Part shown: positions 1 through 9,826 of the stretch, in pieces
Numbering within the stretch: position 1 is the stretch's first letter
Layout: each line of letters starts with the position of its first letter
IMG/VR virus record: IMGVR_UViG_2900588628_000001
Span: 29,161-93,160 of that record
Strand: one strand, 5' to 3'
DNA: 64,000 bases
Source of the DNA: a virus
Lineage: Duplodnaviria; Caudoviricetes
The notes under the pieces: generated by a model
Told to the model about the DNA's origin: nothing
Seen by the model: the letters and a program-made list of their open reading frames with translations, nothing else
Database searches by the model: none
Made by a program: the position numbers and the translations under genes

Positions 1-234
1 CTGCGCCGGGCGCTACGGGTTTTAAGGAGACGGTGTGGTAGATCGAAACAAGTCGCCGCTGTCCATTGTGAGGCGGCACAAAACAGTGCTGGCGGCAGCA
101 AAAGCCGCGAGCACCGCAACGGTGATGCCGCGCGCCAAAGCGCCGGAACCGAAATTTCGTACCGTGCTCGCACCGGGCGCGAACTGGCCGGGCATGGCCC
201 CGCGTATCGACATGCTGCTGACGGGAGGTAAAAA

Positions 235-558
235 GTGAGCGACACAGAAAACGGCTTGGTCCTGCTCGATGACAGCGAGTATTTCGTGCAGCACAACGTC
301 AACTATCCGCCGACGGCGGGCAACGGCTTTTTGATGCGCCGCTGCGCGGTGTCGATGACGTCGCCGGAAGGTGCGGAGTGCGTTGGCGGCTATGACCTGA
401 CAGTCGATGGCAAGTGGCACGCGCAGATTCAGAAGCCGCTTGATCGCGAAACCGATACGGATTGCCGCGAGTTGGGCGCGTTCGAGAGCCGCAACGAAGC
501 GCTTCACGCGCTCTGGACACACAGACACGAAGCGCTTACGCGCCATCCGCGTCACTAA
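235..558 (+). CDS. hypothetical phage protein
   Basis: 107-aa ORF, GGAGG RBS, coupled to upstream 35..238 ORF; followed by a hairpin plus T-run (~566-588). Confidence 0.6.
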   Translation: MSDTENGLVLLDDSEYFVQHNVNYPPTAGNGFLMRRCAVSMTSPEGAECVGGYDLTVDGKWHAQIQKPLDRETDTDCRELGAFESRNEALHALWTHRHEALTRHPRH

Positions 559-603
559 GATCACGTCCCGCCATCGCGCGGGATTTTTCGCATCGGAGCG
601 AGC

Positions 604-852
604 ATGGCAAAGATGACAAAAGCACAGATTGCCGACCGGCTCGAAAAGATCGCGCTCATGGTCACCCGGCTCGATGCCGACTTGAAAGCGCAGTTCGGCG
701 AGGAAGCATCTGTATTTTTCGAGGCCGACGGCGGCATTCACGCGATGGACGTCGACGATACGGCGGACAAGCGCGCGAACGTGAGTAGCCGACAGAAGCA
801 CATCATTGCATCGTGCAAAACATACAGCCGCCACGGCGTAGGAGCTTGGTGA
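604..852 (+). CDS. hypothetical phage protein
   Basis: 82-aa ORF, GGAG RBS, TGATG overlap with next gene. Confidence 0.65.
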   Translation: MAKMTKAQIADRLEKIALMVTRLDADLKAQFGEEASVFFEADGGIHAMDVDDTADKRANVSSRQKHIIASCKTYSRHGVGAW

Positions 853-1217
853 TGGATAAGCACTTTCAAAACATCGAGCGCGAGCTTAACCTCGCGATGG
901 ACGCGGTAGAGGCAGGCGAGGCCGACCGCGAGACGTTGCTCGAACGGCTCGAAATGCTGCTCAACAACGTGAAGGGCAAGCGCTTTGCAACCGGACATGC
1001 GCTGTTCGGCAAACAGTTCAAGCCGGGCGGCGAGCCCGCGAAAGAACCGGAGGGCGGCGAGCAGCCGCCGCGCGCGTTTGATCGCGGTGACCTCGTGCGC
1101 ACGAAAGACGGGTATCTCGCTTACGTCGGCTACTACGATCAGCACGGCAAGGTAGTCGCGAACGTCGTGTATCAGGCGTGCGATTTCAAGGAAAGCGAAC
1201 TGACGGCGGCCGAATAA
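852..1217 (+). CDS. hypothetical phage protein
   Basis: Start re-assigned to ATG 852 (TGATG coupling). Confidence 0.6.
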   Translation: MDKHFQNIERELNLAMDAVEAGEADRETLLERLEMLLNNVKGKRFATGHALFGKQFKPGGEPAKEPEGGEQPPRAFDRGDLVRTKDGYLAYVGYYDQHGKVVANVVYQACDFKESELTAAE

Positions 1218-1450
1218 TGATTGAGGTATGGCTACAGGCGACGTGCAACGGGTGCGGCTCGACGCACAATGCCGGTACGCCGAACACGTCGAAACCCGAC
1301 TATCGGGAACTACTGAAAAGCGTGTACGGCTGGAAGCGCATGCCGGGTGATTTAGACTACTGCCGCAACTGTGTGACGTCGGGACGGGCCGCAAAGCGGA
1401 TCAATATTTTTGGAACGGATGCAGAGAACGATGATTCGCAAACTGATTAA
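1217..1450 (+). CDS. small zinc-binding protein
   Basis: TAATG coupling; CNGC...CRNC motifs. Confidence 0.6.
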   Translation: MIEVWLQATCNGCGSTHNAGTPNTSKPDYRELLKSVYGWKRMPGDLDYCRNCVTSGRAAKRINIFGTDAENDDSQTD

Positions 1451-1655
1451 CGACAAGCCGATGACGCCGAAAGAGCGGCGCGCGAAGTCCAACGCGGACA
1501 AGGTCGCGCGCGGCGAGCGTCACCTGAATATGTGGCTCAGTCCTGAGGCGGCGCAATCGCTCGACCTCGCGACCGGGCCTGAGGCATCGCGCGGCGCGAT
1601 TGCGCAGGCTGTCAATGAAGCCCTGATTGCGTATGCGCGGAGGAAGCGTGTTTGA
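1431..1655 (+). CDS. small RHH-like DNA-binding protein
   Basis: PMTPKERRAKS...RHLNMWLSPEA...AVNEAL fits a ribbon-helix-helix pattern. Confidence 0.55.
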   Translation: MIRKLINDKPMTPKERRAKSNADKVARGERHLNMWLSPEAAQSLDLATGPEASRGAIAQAVNEALIAYARRKRV

Positions 1656-2088
1656 CCCGTTCTTTAGCCCGTTCAAGCTGCCGCCGCACGTCGCGGCCAG
1701 TCTCGATCAGATAGCGATGAATGCGGCGTTCGGTACAGCCGCAACAACGGCCGCCGTCAATCCGTTGGCTGACAAGTCGCGTGAGGAAGTTCTGGCGGAT
1801 ATCAAGGGTATCAAAGCCATCATCGACAAGGCAGAAGAAGCCGAGCGCGACTATGAAGCGGCTTTCAATACGCTCATCATGGGCGCGTATAACATCGACC
1901 TCGCAAAGCGGTACGTGATGATCGTGCCGCCGACGTTCAAAATGGAACTGGTGCCGCCGCGCTACGTGCGCGAGGGCAAGGTGAAGCAATCGAGCATGGC
2001 TGATCGGGTCGTGTTCATCGCGGACCCGAATCACGCCATGCGGGAAATCTTTTCAGACAACGGTTTCACTCGCTTTCCCAAGGCGTAG
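1648..2088 (+). CDS. hypothetical phage protein
   Basis: GTG start overlapping previous gene; last gene before convergence with the late operon. Confidence 0.55.
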   Translation: MFDPFFSPFKLPPHVAASLDQIAMNAAFGTAATTAAVNPLADKSREEVLADIKGIKAIIDKAEEAERDYEAAFNTLIMGAYNIDLAKRYVMIVPPTFKMELVPPRYVREGKVKQSSMADRVVFIADPNHAMREIFSDNGFTRFPKA

Positions 2089-2566
2089 TGTCCGACAGTT
2101 CATCGCGCGGCGCGAGAATCCATTTTTTCGAGTAGGGCGAGATTCCGACCGCGCTCACCATTCCCACCACCTCATACGCGATGACCACGCCGCCGCCAGG
2201 CATCGCCGCGATCAGGTCGTACTTTTTCACCTGAAAACCCGGTACGTCGATGGGCTCAACCAGTGCCTCAAGCAACTGGGTATCGGGCGCGAGCGCGTCG
2301 CCACGGTCGGTAAGATCGAGCGTGCCCTGAAACTGGCTCGTAATGAGCAGGCGGCCCTCGCCAAGCGGTTTGTATTCGAACGTCGGTTCGTCCTCAGGCG
2401 TGAGCACGCCAAGCCCGCCAATGGTCGGCAAACCGCCCTCAGTCGAGCCGTCATCGGCCACGCGATCAATGACCTTGCGATAAAGCGAGCAGTCCAGCGC
2501 ATTCGGGTGTTTCAGCGCGACCGCGCGCGCCGCGTTCGTGATCGCAACGGGTACGGAATTAATCAT
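2066..2566 (-). CDS. virion neck/head-closure-type protein (P1 gp7-like by position)
   Basis: Last gene of a structural operon; beta-rich 166 aa; synteny with P1 genes 26-25-7 recalled from memory. Confidence 0.5.
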   Translation of the reverse strand: MINSVPVAITNAARAVALKHPNALDCSLYRKVIDRVADDGSTEGGLPTIGGLGVLTPEDEPTFEYKPLGEGRLLITSQFQGTLDLTDRGDALAPDTQLLEALVEPIDVPGFQVKKYDLIAAMPGGGVVIAYEVVGMVSAVGISPYSKKWILAPRDELSDTTPWESE

Positions 2567-3603
2567 TTCGCGTTCTTCATAATGTCGTTGAACTGTTCCT
2601 GCGTGATCGCGCCGAGCGCGAGCAGGGTGCGCGCGTTACGCTCGATCTTGCGGGCATTCGCCGACGGCTTTTTCGCTTCTTCTTTCGCCTTCTCGACGGC
2701 CGCCTTTTTCATCGACTCGCGCGCGCGGCGCGCCGCGTTGGCCGCCTGTTTTTGCGCCGTCGTCTTGAGGTTGGTGCTCGACTTGCGCTTGGCCTGCTGC
2801 TCTGCCGCGTGCGCGCGCACGTCAGCGGCCTTGGTGCGATCCGCCTTTAGCTTCGTGCCATCGAGCGCGGCGCGGGCCTTGATGACCTGCTGCGCGATTT
2901 TGGCCTGCGTGTTCGCATCTTTCAGAATGACGTGCATCGTGCGCAGTACGTGCTTGCACGCGACGCCATGCAGTTTCGGGTTGCGGATCTTCGGATAGCC
3001 GGTTTCCGCGCGCCCATAGTTGTACTTGCCGATGGTCGCGATGTAGCGGAACCAGAAGCGGTGACGGCCGCAATCGCAGTCGAACCTGAGCCGCCCCTGC
3101 GCAACCGCCTTGCCGATCTTTTTCGGGTCGTTCGCCGACGCGCCGACGGTCGCTTCGAAATCCATAAACTCGACGTGCACATGGTGCCGCGTGACGTTCG
3201 AATCCGGCCCGGCGTTCGTGATGAAATGCACGAGCGGGCCGCGCAGCGAGACGGGCACGGCAACGCGGATTTCAGTGTTCGCGCGTTGCTTGTCGGCATC
3301 TAGCGCGAGGTCGATCACACCTTGCGCGGTGATGCCGCCGATGAACTTCTTTTTGAGGTTCGTGACGTTCGACTGGAACGCGCGCAGGTCTTTCTGTGTG
3401 ATCGGGCGCAGCGCGCCGCGCAGCGACGTCTGCAGCAACCGGCCGCCGTCATACTCGCCCGATACCTCATTCGGGTTGAGGATGGTTGAGGCGGCTTGCC
3501 GCTGTTCGAGGTCAGCCTGCGCATTGCGTTGGGCTTCACCGCGCGCGGAGGGCAGGCGCGCGGTTGCCCGGTTAATCAAGCGCTGAATATGCTCGTTCTT
3601 CAT
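2563..3603 (-). CDS. SWIM-type Zn-finger tail-associated protein (P1 gp25-like)
   Basis: CDC...CKH SWIM motif (FDCDCGRH...VACKHV); within the tail operon. Confidence 0.6.
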   Translation of the reverse strand: MKNEHIQRLINRATARLPSARGEAQRNAQADLEQRQAASTILNPNEVSGEYDGGRLLQTSLRGALRPITQKDLRAFQSNVTNLKKKFIGGITAQGVIDLALDADKQRANTEIRVAVPVSLRGPLVHFITNAGPDSNVTRHHVHVEFMDFEATVGASANDPKKIGKAVAQGRLRFDCDCGRHRFWFRYIATIGKYNYGRAETGYPKIRNPKLHGVACKHVLRTMHVILKDANTQAKIAQQVIKARAALDGTKLKADRTKAADVRAHAAEQQAKRKSSTNLKTTAQKQAANAARRARESMKKAAVEKAKEEAKKPSANARKIERNARTLLALGAITQEQFNDIMKNAK

Positions 3604-3892
3604 CGTCAGTCAGATAGCCGGTTTGCCGCTTGATGGTCTGCAACTGCGTGAAGTTCGGCAGCACTAGCGCCTGTTCCGGCAGTTCCTGTTCGAGGGTATC
3701 GAGCCCGGCCGCCGCGAAAATGACCATGTATTGCGCACGGTCACCATAGACGCGGCGGGCGGTGAGCGTGATATCGAAACGCTCATCGGGCAGCGTCTGA
3801 TACCGGATCGCGGTAGACCAGTCCGGCGTCTGTTCCGCGAACTTGCGCACCGCCCGCACGAATGCAGCCGTCGAGACGGGCGTGATAGCCAT
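3572..3892 (-). CDS. small baseplate protein, LysM-like/gpX-like (P1 gp26-like)
   Basis: YQTLPDERFDITLTARRVYGD...AAAGL...LVLP resembles LysM-fold baseplate proteins. Confidence 0.6.
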   Translation of the reverse strand: MAITPVSTAAFVRAVRKFAEQTPDWSTAIRYQTLPDERFDITLTARRVYGDRAQYMVIFAAAGLDTLEQELPEQALVLPNFTQLQTIKRQTGYLTDDEERAYSALD

Positions 3893-4686
3893 TACGAGGC
3901 GGCCTTGCCGTCGGATGCTGCCGCGTTCTGTGCGGCCAACTCAGCCGCCGCTTGCGCCTGCGGATCTTCGTCAGCCGAGAAAATGAGCCCGCGCTCTTTC
4001 GCCATCGCTGCCGCCGCCACGTCCATCGCAGCCTGAGTTTCGTCGCGCGTCTTTTGAGCGGCGTCCTGCCGGGCCTTTTCTTCTGCCGCGTCGTCGGCGA
4101 CACCCTTGGCATAGACGGCCGCCTCATCGGGCTCATCCGGCCAGTCGCAGACATTCGGGAACTCAGGCGCGTGGATGATGGCCGTGCACTTCATCTGATA
4201 GTTCGCCCATGCCTGGAACACGGCGCGGTCACCGGGGCTCAGGACACCCGAAATGAGCGCATCGCCCTTGCCAAAGTTGGCGGCGCGAGCACGCTCCATG
4301 CGCACGTCAAATTCAGCCATCTTTGCCGCGCGCAGGCGGGCCGCCACAACGGTCGCATCAATGCCCCAGTCGTCGCCGTCGAACTTGTATTCATCCGACG
4401 GGCGCGGCTTGTCGGTAAGCCCGGCCTGTGCGGGCGTGATGCCCGCCATAAGGATTTCAGCCGGGTCGCCGTTACTCTGCTGATAGAGCGGGATGGTTCG
4501 ATAGTCCGGTTGCAGCACCCATGCGCCATCAACCCAAAACGGCCACGTCAGGCGCGGGCGGTCGGGAATCGGAATCTCAGTGCAGAAAGCGGGCACGAGC
4601 CAGCGATTCGCGTTGAGCGGGTCCGGGTCGGCCAGGCGCGCCGTGACGAACTGGCCGGAATGCGGGTCGAACTGATAGAGCATCAT
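3892..4686 (-). CDS. tail fibre assembly chaperone
   Basis: Directly after tail fibre; WVLQPDYR, WANY and WPDEP motifs typical of Tfa/gpU. Confidence 0.8.
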   Translation of the reverse strand: MMLYQFDPHSGQFVTARLADPDPLNANRWLVPAFCTEIPIPDRPRLTWPFWVDGAWVLQPDYRTIPLYQQSNGDPAEILMAGITPAQAGLTDKPRPSDEYKFDGDDWGIDATVVAARLRAAKMAEFDVRMERARAANFGKGDALISGVLSPGDRAVFQAWANYQMKCTAIIHAPEFPNVCDWPDEPDEAAVYAKGVADDAAEEKARQDAAQKTRDETQAAMDVAAAAMAKERGLIFSADEDPQAQAAAELAAQNAAASDGKAAS

Positions 4687-4702
4687 GGTTATAGGTTCTC
4701 CG

Positions 4703-6262
4703 TTAGAAAGCGCGGATCATCGCCGTGAGGGCGACATTGCGCGGACGTGCTTCTGTGCCGCCGTCGTTGTTGACGGTAAGGACGTGGGTATGGCCGCCGC
4801 CAGCAGCGACAGCGATGTTGTGGGCGTGGTTGCCGTCGCCGTAGATGCCGATGTTGGCGTTCGATGCGCCGATCCAGATTCCAGTACCGGAACCGTAGAC
4901 GTTCGCCTGCGTGCGGCTCGAACCGGAACCCGTCGAGACAGCCACACCGACACCGCCGTTATCGCCACCGGCCTGCGCCGAACCGTAGTTAGGCTGGCCG
5001 TGCGAGTGCCCCGGATCACCCACGCCGTGCGCGTGCCCGCCATCGGCGACGCCGTGACCGTGATAGCCCTGTACGTCAGTGGTTGCCGTGTGCGTGTGCG
5101 CCGCGACGGTGTCGGACGTCGCAACGTGCTTGTGTGCGATGTTCTGCGAGGCCTGATACGTGCCAATCGCGCGCGACGTGTCGATACCGCGCGAGTCGTC
5201 ATAGCAGCGGATGAACTCGCCGCGCAGTTCGGGAATGCGGAACGTTGCCGCGCCGTCGCCCGACGAGAAACAGCCCCACGAGCCCGCTGTCCAGTCCGAC
5301 TCAGACACGAGTGCGCCGCTCGTTTGCGCATACGCCCACAGGGCGGGGTAGTCGGCGCGATTGAGCAGGGCACCGTTTGCCTTTAGATAGCCAGTGCGTG
5401 CCGTCGTGCGCGGCTCGAACGTGACCGTGCCAACGAGCGTATTCGAGACGGTGCTTGCGACAAACTGGGTCGATGCTGCCTGAGCGGTTGCTGTCCCGAC
5501 GGCGGCCGTCGGCACAGTCGGGATGCCGGTGAATGCCGGGCTTCCGAGGAAGGCAATGCCGCCCTTGTCCACGCCGTCCACCGTGACTTTCACGTTGCCG
5601 CTGCCGTCGGGTGCCGCGCCCATGTAAATCTTGTTTGCGCCCTGGCCGATACCGCCGCCTTGCTGGACCGTTTTGTAGCCGATGGCCGGTTCCTTGGTGC
5701 CAACGACTACCGCGAGCGCGGCAACGTCCGTATCGGTCGCATATTGCGGGTGCGGGTCGGCTTTCGCCTCGTGCTGATTGATGAGCGCAGCCATGCCCTG
5801 CGGGTCCGTCGCGACGGTGACCGTCACACTGTCCTCAGGACAGGCCGACGTATCGAGCGTGTACGCAAACGGGATATCGAAACTGGCCGACTTCACGAAC
5901 AGCGCGGAGTCGCCGCGACTCCATACCGCCCCAAGCGTAATGCCTGCGAAAAAGCCGATTTCGCCGATAGCCTTGCCGTTCGGGCTCTTGCCGTTCGGGG
6001 CGGTGTCGGTGATGGTCGTACCAATCTGGATCGACGTCGGCGAGACGTTCGAACCGCTCGAAATCGGATAGCGGGCGATTTCGCTTTTGAGCGCGACCAT
6101 TGCGCGCGCGGCCTGATCGGCGGCGTCGCCCGTACCGCCAAGCGAGTAAAGGCCGGTGCCGATGGCGATGTGCGTCAGTTGGACCGCAAAGCCCGTCGCA
6201 TCGTCGGTCGGCATGAGAGCCAAACCGGCAGAAGTGATTTTGGGGTTGAGAGATAGCGTCAC
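4703..6262 (-). CDS. tail fibre protein with tail-collar domain
   Basis: HEAKADPHPQYA; collar motif GYLKANGALLNRADYPALW...FRIPELRGEFIR; HxH repeats; C-terminal EARPRNVALTAMIRA. Confidence 0.9.
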   Translation of the reverse strand: MTLSLNPKITSAGLALMPTDDATGFAVQLTHIAIGTGLYSLGGTGDAADQAARAMVALKSEIARYPISSGSNVSPTSIQIGTTITDTAPNGKSPNGKAIGEIGFFAGITLGAVWSRGDSALFVKSASFDIPFAYTLDTSACPEDSVTVTVATDPQGMAALINQHEAKADPHPQYATDTDVAALAVVVGTKEPAIGYKTVQQGGGIGQGANKIYMGAAPDGSGNVKVTVDGVDKGGIAFLGSPAFTGIPTVPTAAVGTATAQAASTQFVASTVSNTLVGTVTFEPRTTARTGYLKANGALLNRADYPALWAYAQTSGALVSESDWTAGSWGCFSSGDGAATFRIPELRGEFIRCYDDSRGIDTSRAIGTYQASQNIAHKHVATSDTVAAHTHTATTDVQGYHGHGVADGGHAHGVGDPGHSHGQPNYGSAQAGGDNGGVGVAVSTGSGSSRTQANVYGSGTGIWIGASNANIGIYGDGNHAHNIAVAAGGGHTHVLTVNNDGGTEARPRNVALTAMIRAF

Positions 6263-6288
6263 AGGTGAGCCTCAGAATGGATGCTCTG

Positions 6289-6332
6289 ATTCTCAGGTCA
6301 CCTATGCAGTGGACCGGCGCGGGTTTTCCTAC
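6289..6332 (-). promoter_or_regulatory. putative late promoter (tail fibre operon)
   Basis: GTAGGAAAAC-N28-GAGAAT on - strand; same spacing at four other sites. Confidence 0.7.
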
Positions 6333-6333
6333 G

Positions 6334-6816
6334 CTAGATCGTGAAATACATCTCTGCCATTTCGTCGGCAAACTCCGACGTATCGGCAACCGACATGCTG
6401 CGGTTGGCCGCGTACATGAGCGCGAGCACGGCAATCTGCCCGTTGGTGATTTCCGGGTTTAGTTCATACCGTGTGCCCGTTGCCGCGACGCCGCGCACCT
6501 GCACCGCGCCACCCGGATTGAACCGTTGCACCGGCGAGAGCAGTTCGATCATGCCGGTAGAGTCGGCACGAAAGTACAGGTCGATGGCCGCCGCGATCAT
6601 GCTTTCGTCAAAGAGCAGGTCACGCGCGGGCGCGCGCGGGTCGTTTGACGTCATCATTGCGCCAGGCTCGCGATGGCCTAGCGGCAGTTCCTGCGAGACG
6701 ATCACGAGGCCGGTGCCGTCCGCCGCACCGGGATCACCGGCATCAACGGCCGCGAGCAGGTTGACGGCCTGCCCCTTGTAGCCGTTGATTTCCGCCTGGA
6801 GTGTAACGACGCTCAC
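6334..6816 (-). CDS. hypothetical protein in structural operon
   Basis: 160-aa ORF coupled (GTGA) to upstream gene. Confidence 0.65.
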   Translation of the reverse strand: MSVVTLQAEINGYKGQAVNLLAAVDAGDPGAADGTGLVIVSQELPLGHREPGAMMTSNDPRAPARDLLFDESMIAAAIDLYFRADSTGMIELLSPVQRFNPGGAVQVRGVAATGTRYELNPEITNGQIAVLALMYAANRSMSVADTSEFADEMAEMYFTI

Positions 6817-7652
6817 GAGGTCACCTCATCGTCATCATCGCCGACAACCGGGACGCGCCACGTCGGCGGCGTGTCGGTGCGCACCTCGCTGTAATTGCCG
6901 TCCACGTCCACGGCGTTATCAATCATCTTGCCTGCGCGCATGTTGACCGCGGTGACTTCCGTGACCACCTTGTAGCCTGCCGGTGCCGCCTTGCCGTCGT
7001 TCGGCTCGCCCGCGCCCGGTGCCTGAAACACTGGGATGCTCGCGTGCAGCACGAAGTCCGCGACGTTCACGCGCAGGTTCTTTTGCACTTCCTGCGAGAT
7101 TGCGCCAACGTTAATGTCTTCGAGCACGACGGGGAAAGGAAGGCTTTGCCCGGCGAACTGGTGCGCCATCTGGAAGCGCCGCCCCTGCGGGCCTTGCGTA
7201 AAGAGGTCGAACTGCAGCGCGAGACTGTGCGCCGAGTGCCGCTCAGACGCGATAAACGCGATCTGCGCGCGGTAGTCATTCGCGCTCAGGCGCATCTTGT
7301 AGGCGCGGTTCAGTTCGTCACCGGGCAGCATCACGTCCACCGGCGACGCGACAGAGACGCCGTAGTCCACCATCGACGGCGTAAAGTCTTCGTCAATGCA
7401 GACGATGCACACCGGCAGCAATGAGGACAGGCCCGGCCCGCTCACGTTCTGATTCTTTCGCCACTCGTTGAGCACCTCATCAATCTTGTCGATCATCCGG
7501 CCGGGCGCATAGACGATGCTTTTCGAGAGCCCGCGCGCGACGTACTCTTGCATTTGCGGCGTGTCGGCCACAAGGCCGCTGTAAAAGCGGCCGAGGTATT
7601 GGCCGAACGCCTGTTCGAGAGCAGAGAACAGGCTCAACGTTACGCCCCCCAC
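6813..7652 (-). CDS. putative tail completion/terminator-type virion protein
   Basis: 279-aa ORF in the late operon; function inferred from size and position only; start may be TTG 7637. Confidence 0.5.
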   Translation of the reverse strand: MGGVTLSLFSALEQAFGQYLGRFYSGLVADTPQMQEYVARGLSKSIVYAPGRMIDKIDEVLNEWRKNQNVSGPGLSSLLPVCIVCIDEDFTPSMVDYGVSVASPVDVMLPGDELNRAYKMRLSANDYRAQIAFIASERHSAHSLALQFDLFTQGPQGRRFQMAHQFAGQSLPFPVVLEDINVGAISQEVQKNLRVNVADFVLHASIPVFQAPGAGEPNDGKAAPAGYKVVTEVTAVNMRAGKMIDNAVDVDGNYSEVRTDTPPTWRVPVVGDDDDEVTS

Positions 7653-8503
7653 GCGCGGCGCGCGAGCGAGCGGGCCGGGCTTTCCGTTGCAGCGGCTTCC
7701 TGCTCATCGGGCAGCGCTTCCAGTTCAACGAGCGTGCCGGTACTGAACGAGCGGGCGCGGGCGCGAAATTCTGCCGTCGCGCTCGAACTGACAGACAACG
7801 GCGCGACGAAGCCGCCCGTACTATCGAGCAGCGTCGTACCGTTGCCGGGCACGCGCGAGGCGATGGACATGAGTTCCGCGTTTTCTTCCTGCAGGCGTTC
7901 AATCGTCTGCATCATGAGCGCGCTATCCGCCTGCATCGAGTCGAACAGCGTGCGCATCATGGCGTTGGACAGTTGCCATTCCTGCACGACGGAATCGAGG
8001 AAAGTCTGGTCATCGAATGCCGCGCTATCGAACATGTAGCCGCGATTGGTCGTGTAGTTCGGCTCGAACACGTAATCGAAGCCCGCGAAAATGTCCGGCA
8101 CCGACGGGCTCAGGCGCGGCAGCGTGTGAATCGCCGACGAGAACCCGCCTTGCTTGCTCGAAAAGAGCCGTTCGGCAATCGAGCCCGAATCGGTGTCGAG
8201 AAATTCCGCCTCGTGCGTGATGTTGCCCTTGTCGTCGCATTCGAGGTGCGTGGTGACGAAAGCAGGCTCGATGTTGACCATGCGGCCGTCAAACACAACG
8301 GATTCAGGCGGCGTGAGGCCAAAGCGCGCGCGAATCCAGTGCCCGTAAAAGCCGGTGAGGTCGCGGTTGCGTACCTTTTCCTGCACCTCGCGGCCATTCA
8401 CGAGCGCGGAGAGCGCGGGCAGGTTGAACTCCCGATCTTTGCCGGTGAAGTTGCGGCCCCGGTCGTGCACGTTGTAAGTGATCTTTCCCGTTTTGGTTCC
8501 CAT
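7640..8503 (-). CDS. prohead (head-processing) protease, P1 Pro-like
   Basis: GFYGHW (His) and GGFSSAI (Ser) motifs of herpes/HK97-type maturation proteases; start moved to ATG 8503 after a GGGGA RBS. Confidence 0.7.
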   Translation of the reverse strand: MGTKTGKITYNVHDRGRNFTGKDREFNLPALSALVNGREVQEKVRNRDLTGFYGHWIRARFGLTPPESVVFDGRMVNIEPAFVTTHLECDDKGNITHEAEFLDTDSGSIAERLFSSKQGGFSSAIHTLPRLSPSVPDIFAGFDYVFEPNYTTNRGYMFDSAAFDDQTFLDSVVQEWQLSNAMMRTLFDSMQADSALMMQTIERLQEENAELMSIASRVPGNGTTLLDSTGGFVAPLSVSSSATAEFRARARSFSTGTLVELEALPDEQEAAATESPARSLARRAWGA

Positions 8504-8514
8504 GCTTTCCCCCA

Positions 8515-9825
8515 TTAACTCAATGTGCCGATGCACAGCACCGGCATGACACCCATTGCACCGTTTGCCACGGCAAGCCCGCCCGTTACCCCGATACCCT
8601 CGAACACAGTGGACAATTGCAGTTCGAGCATGAGGCGCGCCGCCAGCACGGAACGGAACGCCTTGGCGACTTCGAGCAGCCCCAAGCCGTTGTCACTCGT
8701 GACGGGCCGCGTGACGCGCACGCGGCTCGTGCGAAAGTGCGTGATAGGCGTCGCTGGCGTTTCACCGTCGGCGAACGTTGCAACGCCGTTCGCATCAACG
8801 GTGTAGTCCGTGACGGTTGCGGTTGCCCCTACGGGCGTCTCGATCAGCGGCGTCAGTTCGCCCGCTTCAAGCTGCGCGCCCCACAAATAGAACGAATCCC
8901 CCGCCGCGCCGGTGTCGGAGGTCGGATCAACGGTGAATTTCGCGCCGCCGATGGCCGTCGCGGGAAAGGTCGTGCTGATCGCAATACGATGCCAGCCGAC
9001 AGAGTCATCAAGCGTGATGGTCTGAAAGGCAAACTCGACGTCTGTACTGTCGCGCAGCCGCAAGGTGTAGTTGCCCGGCATCGCAGCGGCATACACGTAG
9101 GCCGAACCAGTGAATAGCCTGCCCGCCGCTGCAACGTCAGATTCAATCTGCGCCGCCCAGTCGTTTCCGACGGCGGTACGCGACACCTTCGCGGCCGTCT
9201 GTGTGCCATCCGGCGCGACCGTCGCATTGGAGGTGACGGTTGCGTTAGAAAGCGTCCATCCCGCGCCGTTGTTCGCGAGGTTGGAATTTTTGATGAGGTT
9301 CGTGCGTGCCGTCGGATAAAGCTGGCTTTCGCCGCGCCAGTCCGTCCGGTAGATCGTCGGCAGACCGTCCTCGCTGTTCGGGTCATACACCGCCTGCACG
9401 GACGGGCTCAGGTCGATCACGCTGCGCGGCGTGACGTCGGCCGGGTATTGGTCCGCCGTCGCAATCGGATGCCAAAGCGGCTCGACCTTCCATACATTCG
9501 GCCAGGTCGCCTGCAGATACTGTTTGAGAAAGATCATGCCCCGGCGCGGGTTGCGCGCGAGGGCCGCTTTCATGAGAAACGAGGTCCGCGTGTCATCGCG
9601 GCGGATGATCGGCAGGCCGTTGAGCTTGAGCACGCGCTCCATCAATTCGGTATCGCCGAGGTGCGGCATACCGTAGAGGTTCAACTGGCGTTCGCGCGGC
9701 CGGATGAGCGCGTTGTAGACGGACGTGAAAATCGCTTTCAGGTCCGATTCCAGTTGATCGTATTCCGCGCTGTTCGCAAGCGGTTGCAGCGCGGGCGCGT
9801 CGATGGGGATGAGGTTCGCCGCCAC
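8515..9825 (-). CDS. baseplate wedge protein (P1 gp16/gpI-like) with inserted carbohydrate-binding-like domain
   Basis: Follows J-like gene; NPRRGMIFLKQYL N-domain; central TNLIKNSN...LWGAQLEAG beta-sandwich. Confidence 0.65.
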   Translation of the reverse strand: MAANLIPIDAPALQPLANSAEYDQLESDLKAIFTSVYNALIRPRERQLNLYGMPHLGDTELMERVLKLNGLPIIRRDDTRTSFLMKAALARNPRRGMIFLKQYLQATWPNVWKVEPLWHPIATADQYPADVTPRSVIDLSPSVQAVYDPNSEDGLPTIYRTDWRGESQLYPTARTNLIKNSNLANNGAGWTLSNATVTSNATVAPDGTQTAAKVSRTAVGNDWAAQIESDVAAAGRLFTGSAYVYAAAMPGNYTLRLRDSTDVEFAFQTITLDDSVGWHRIAISTTFPATAIGGAKFTVDPTSDTGAAGDSFYLWGAQLEAGELTPLIETPVGATATVTDYTVDANGVATFADGETPATPITHFRTSRVRVTRPVTSDNGLGLLEVAKAFRSVLAARLMLELQLSTVFEGIGVTGGLAVANGAMGVMPVLCIGTLS

Positions 9826-9826
9826 G

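Noticed and set aside
3892-6262. Invertible tail-fibre cassette (Cin/cix) or DGR target
   Set aside because: Only one fibre/chaperone pair; no invertase, inverted crossover sites, reverse transcriptase or template repeat seen in the window.
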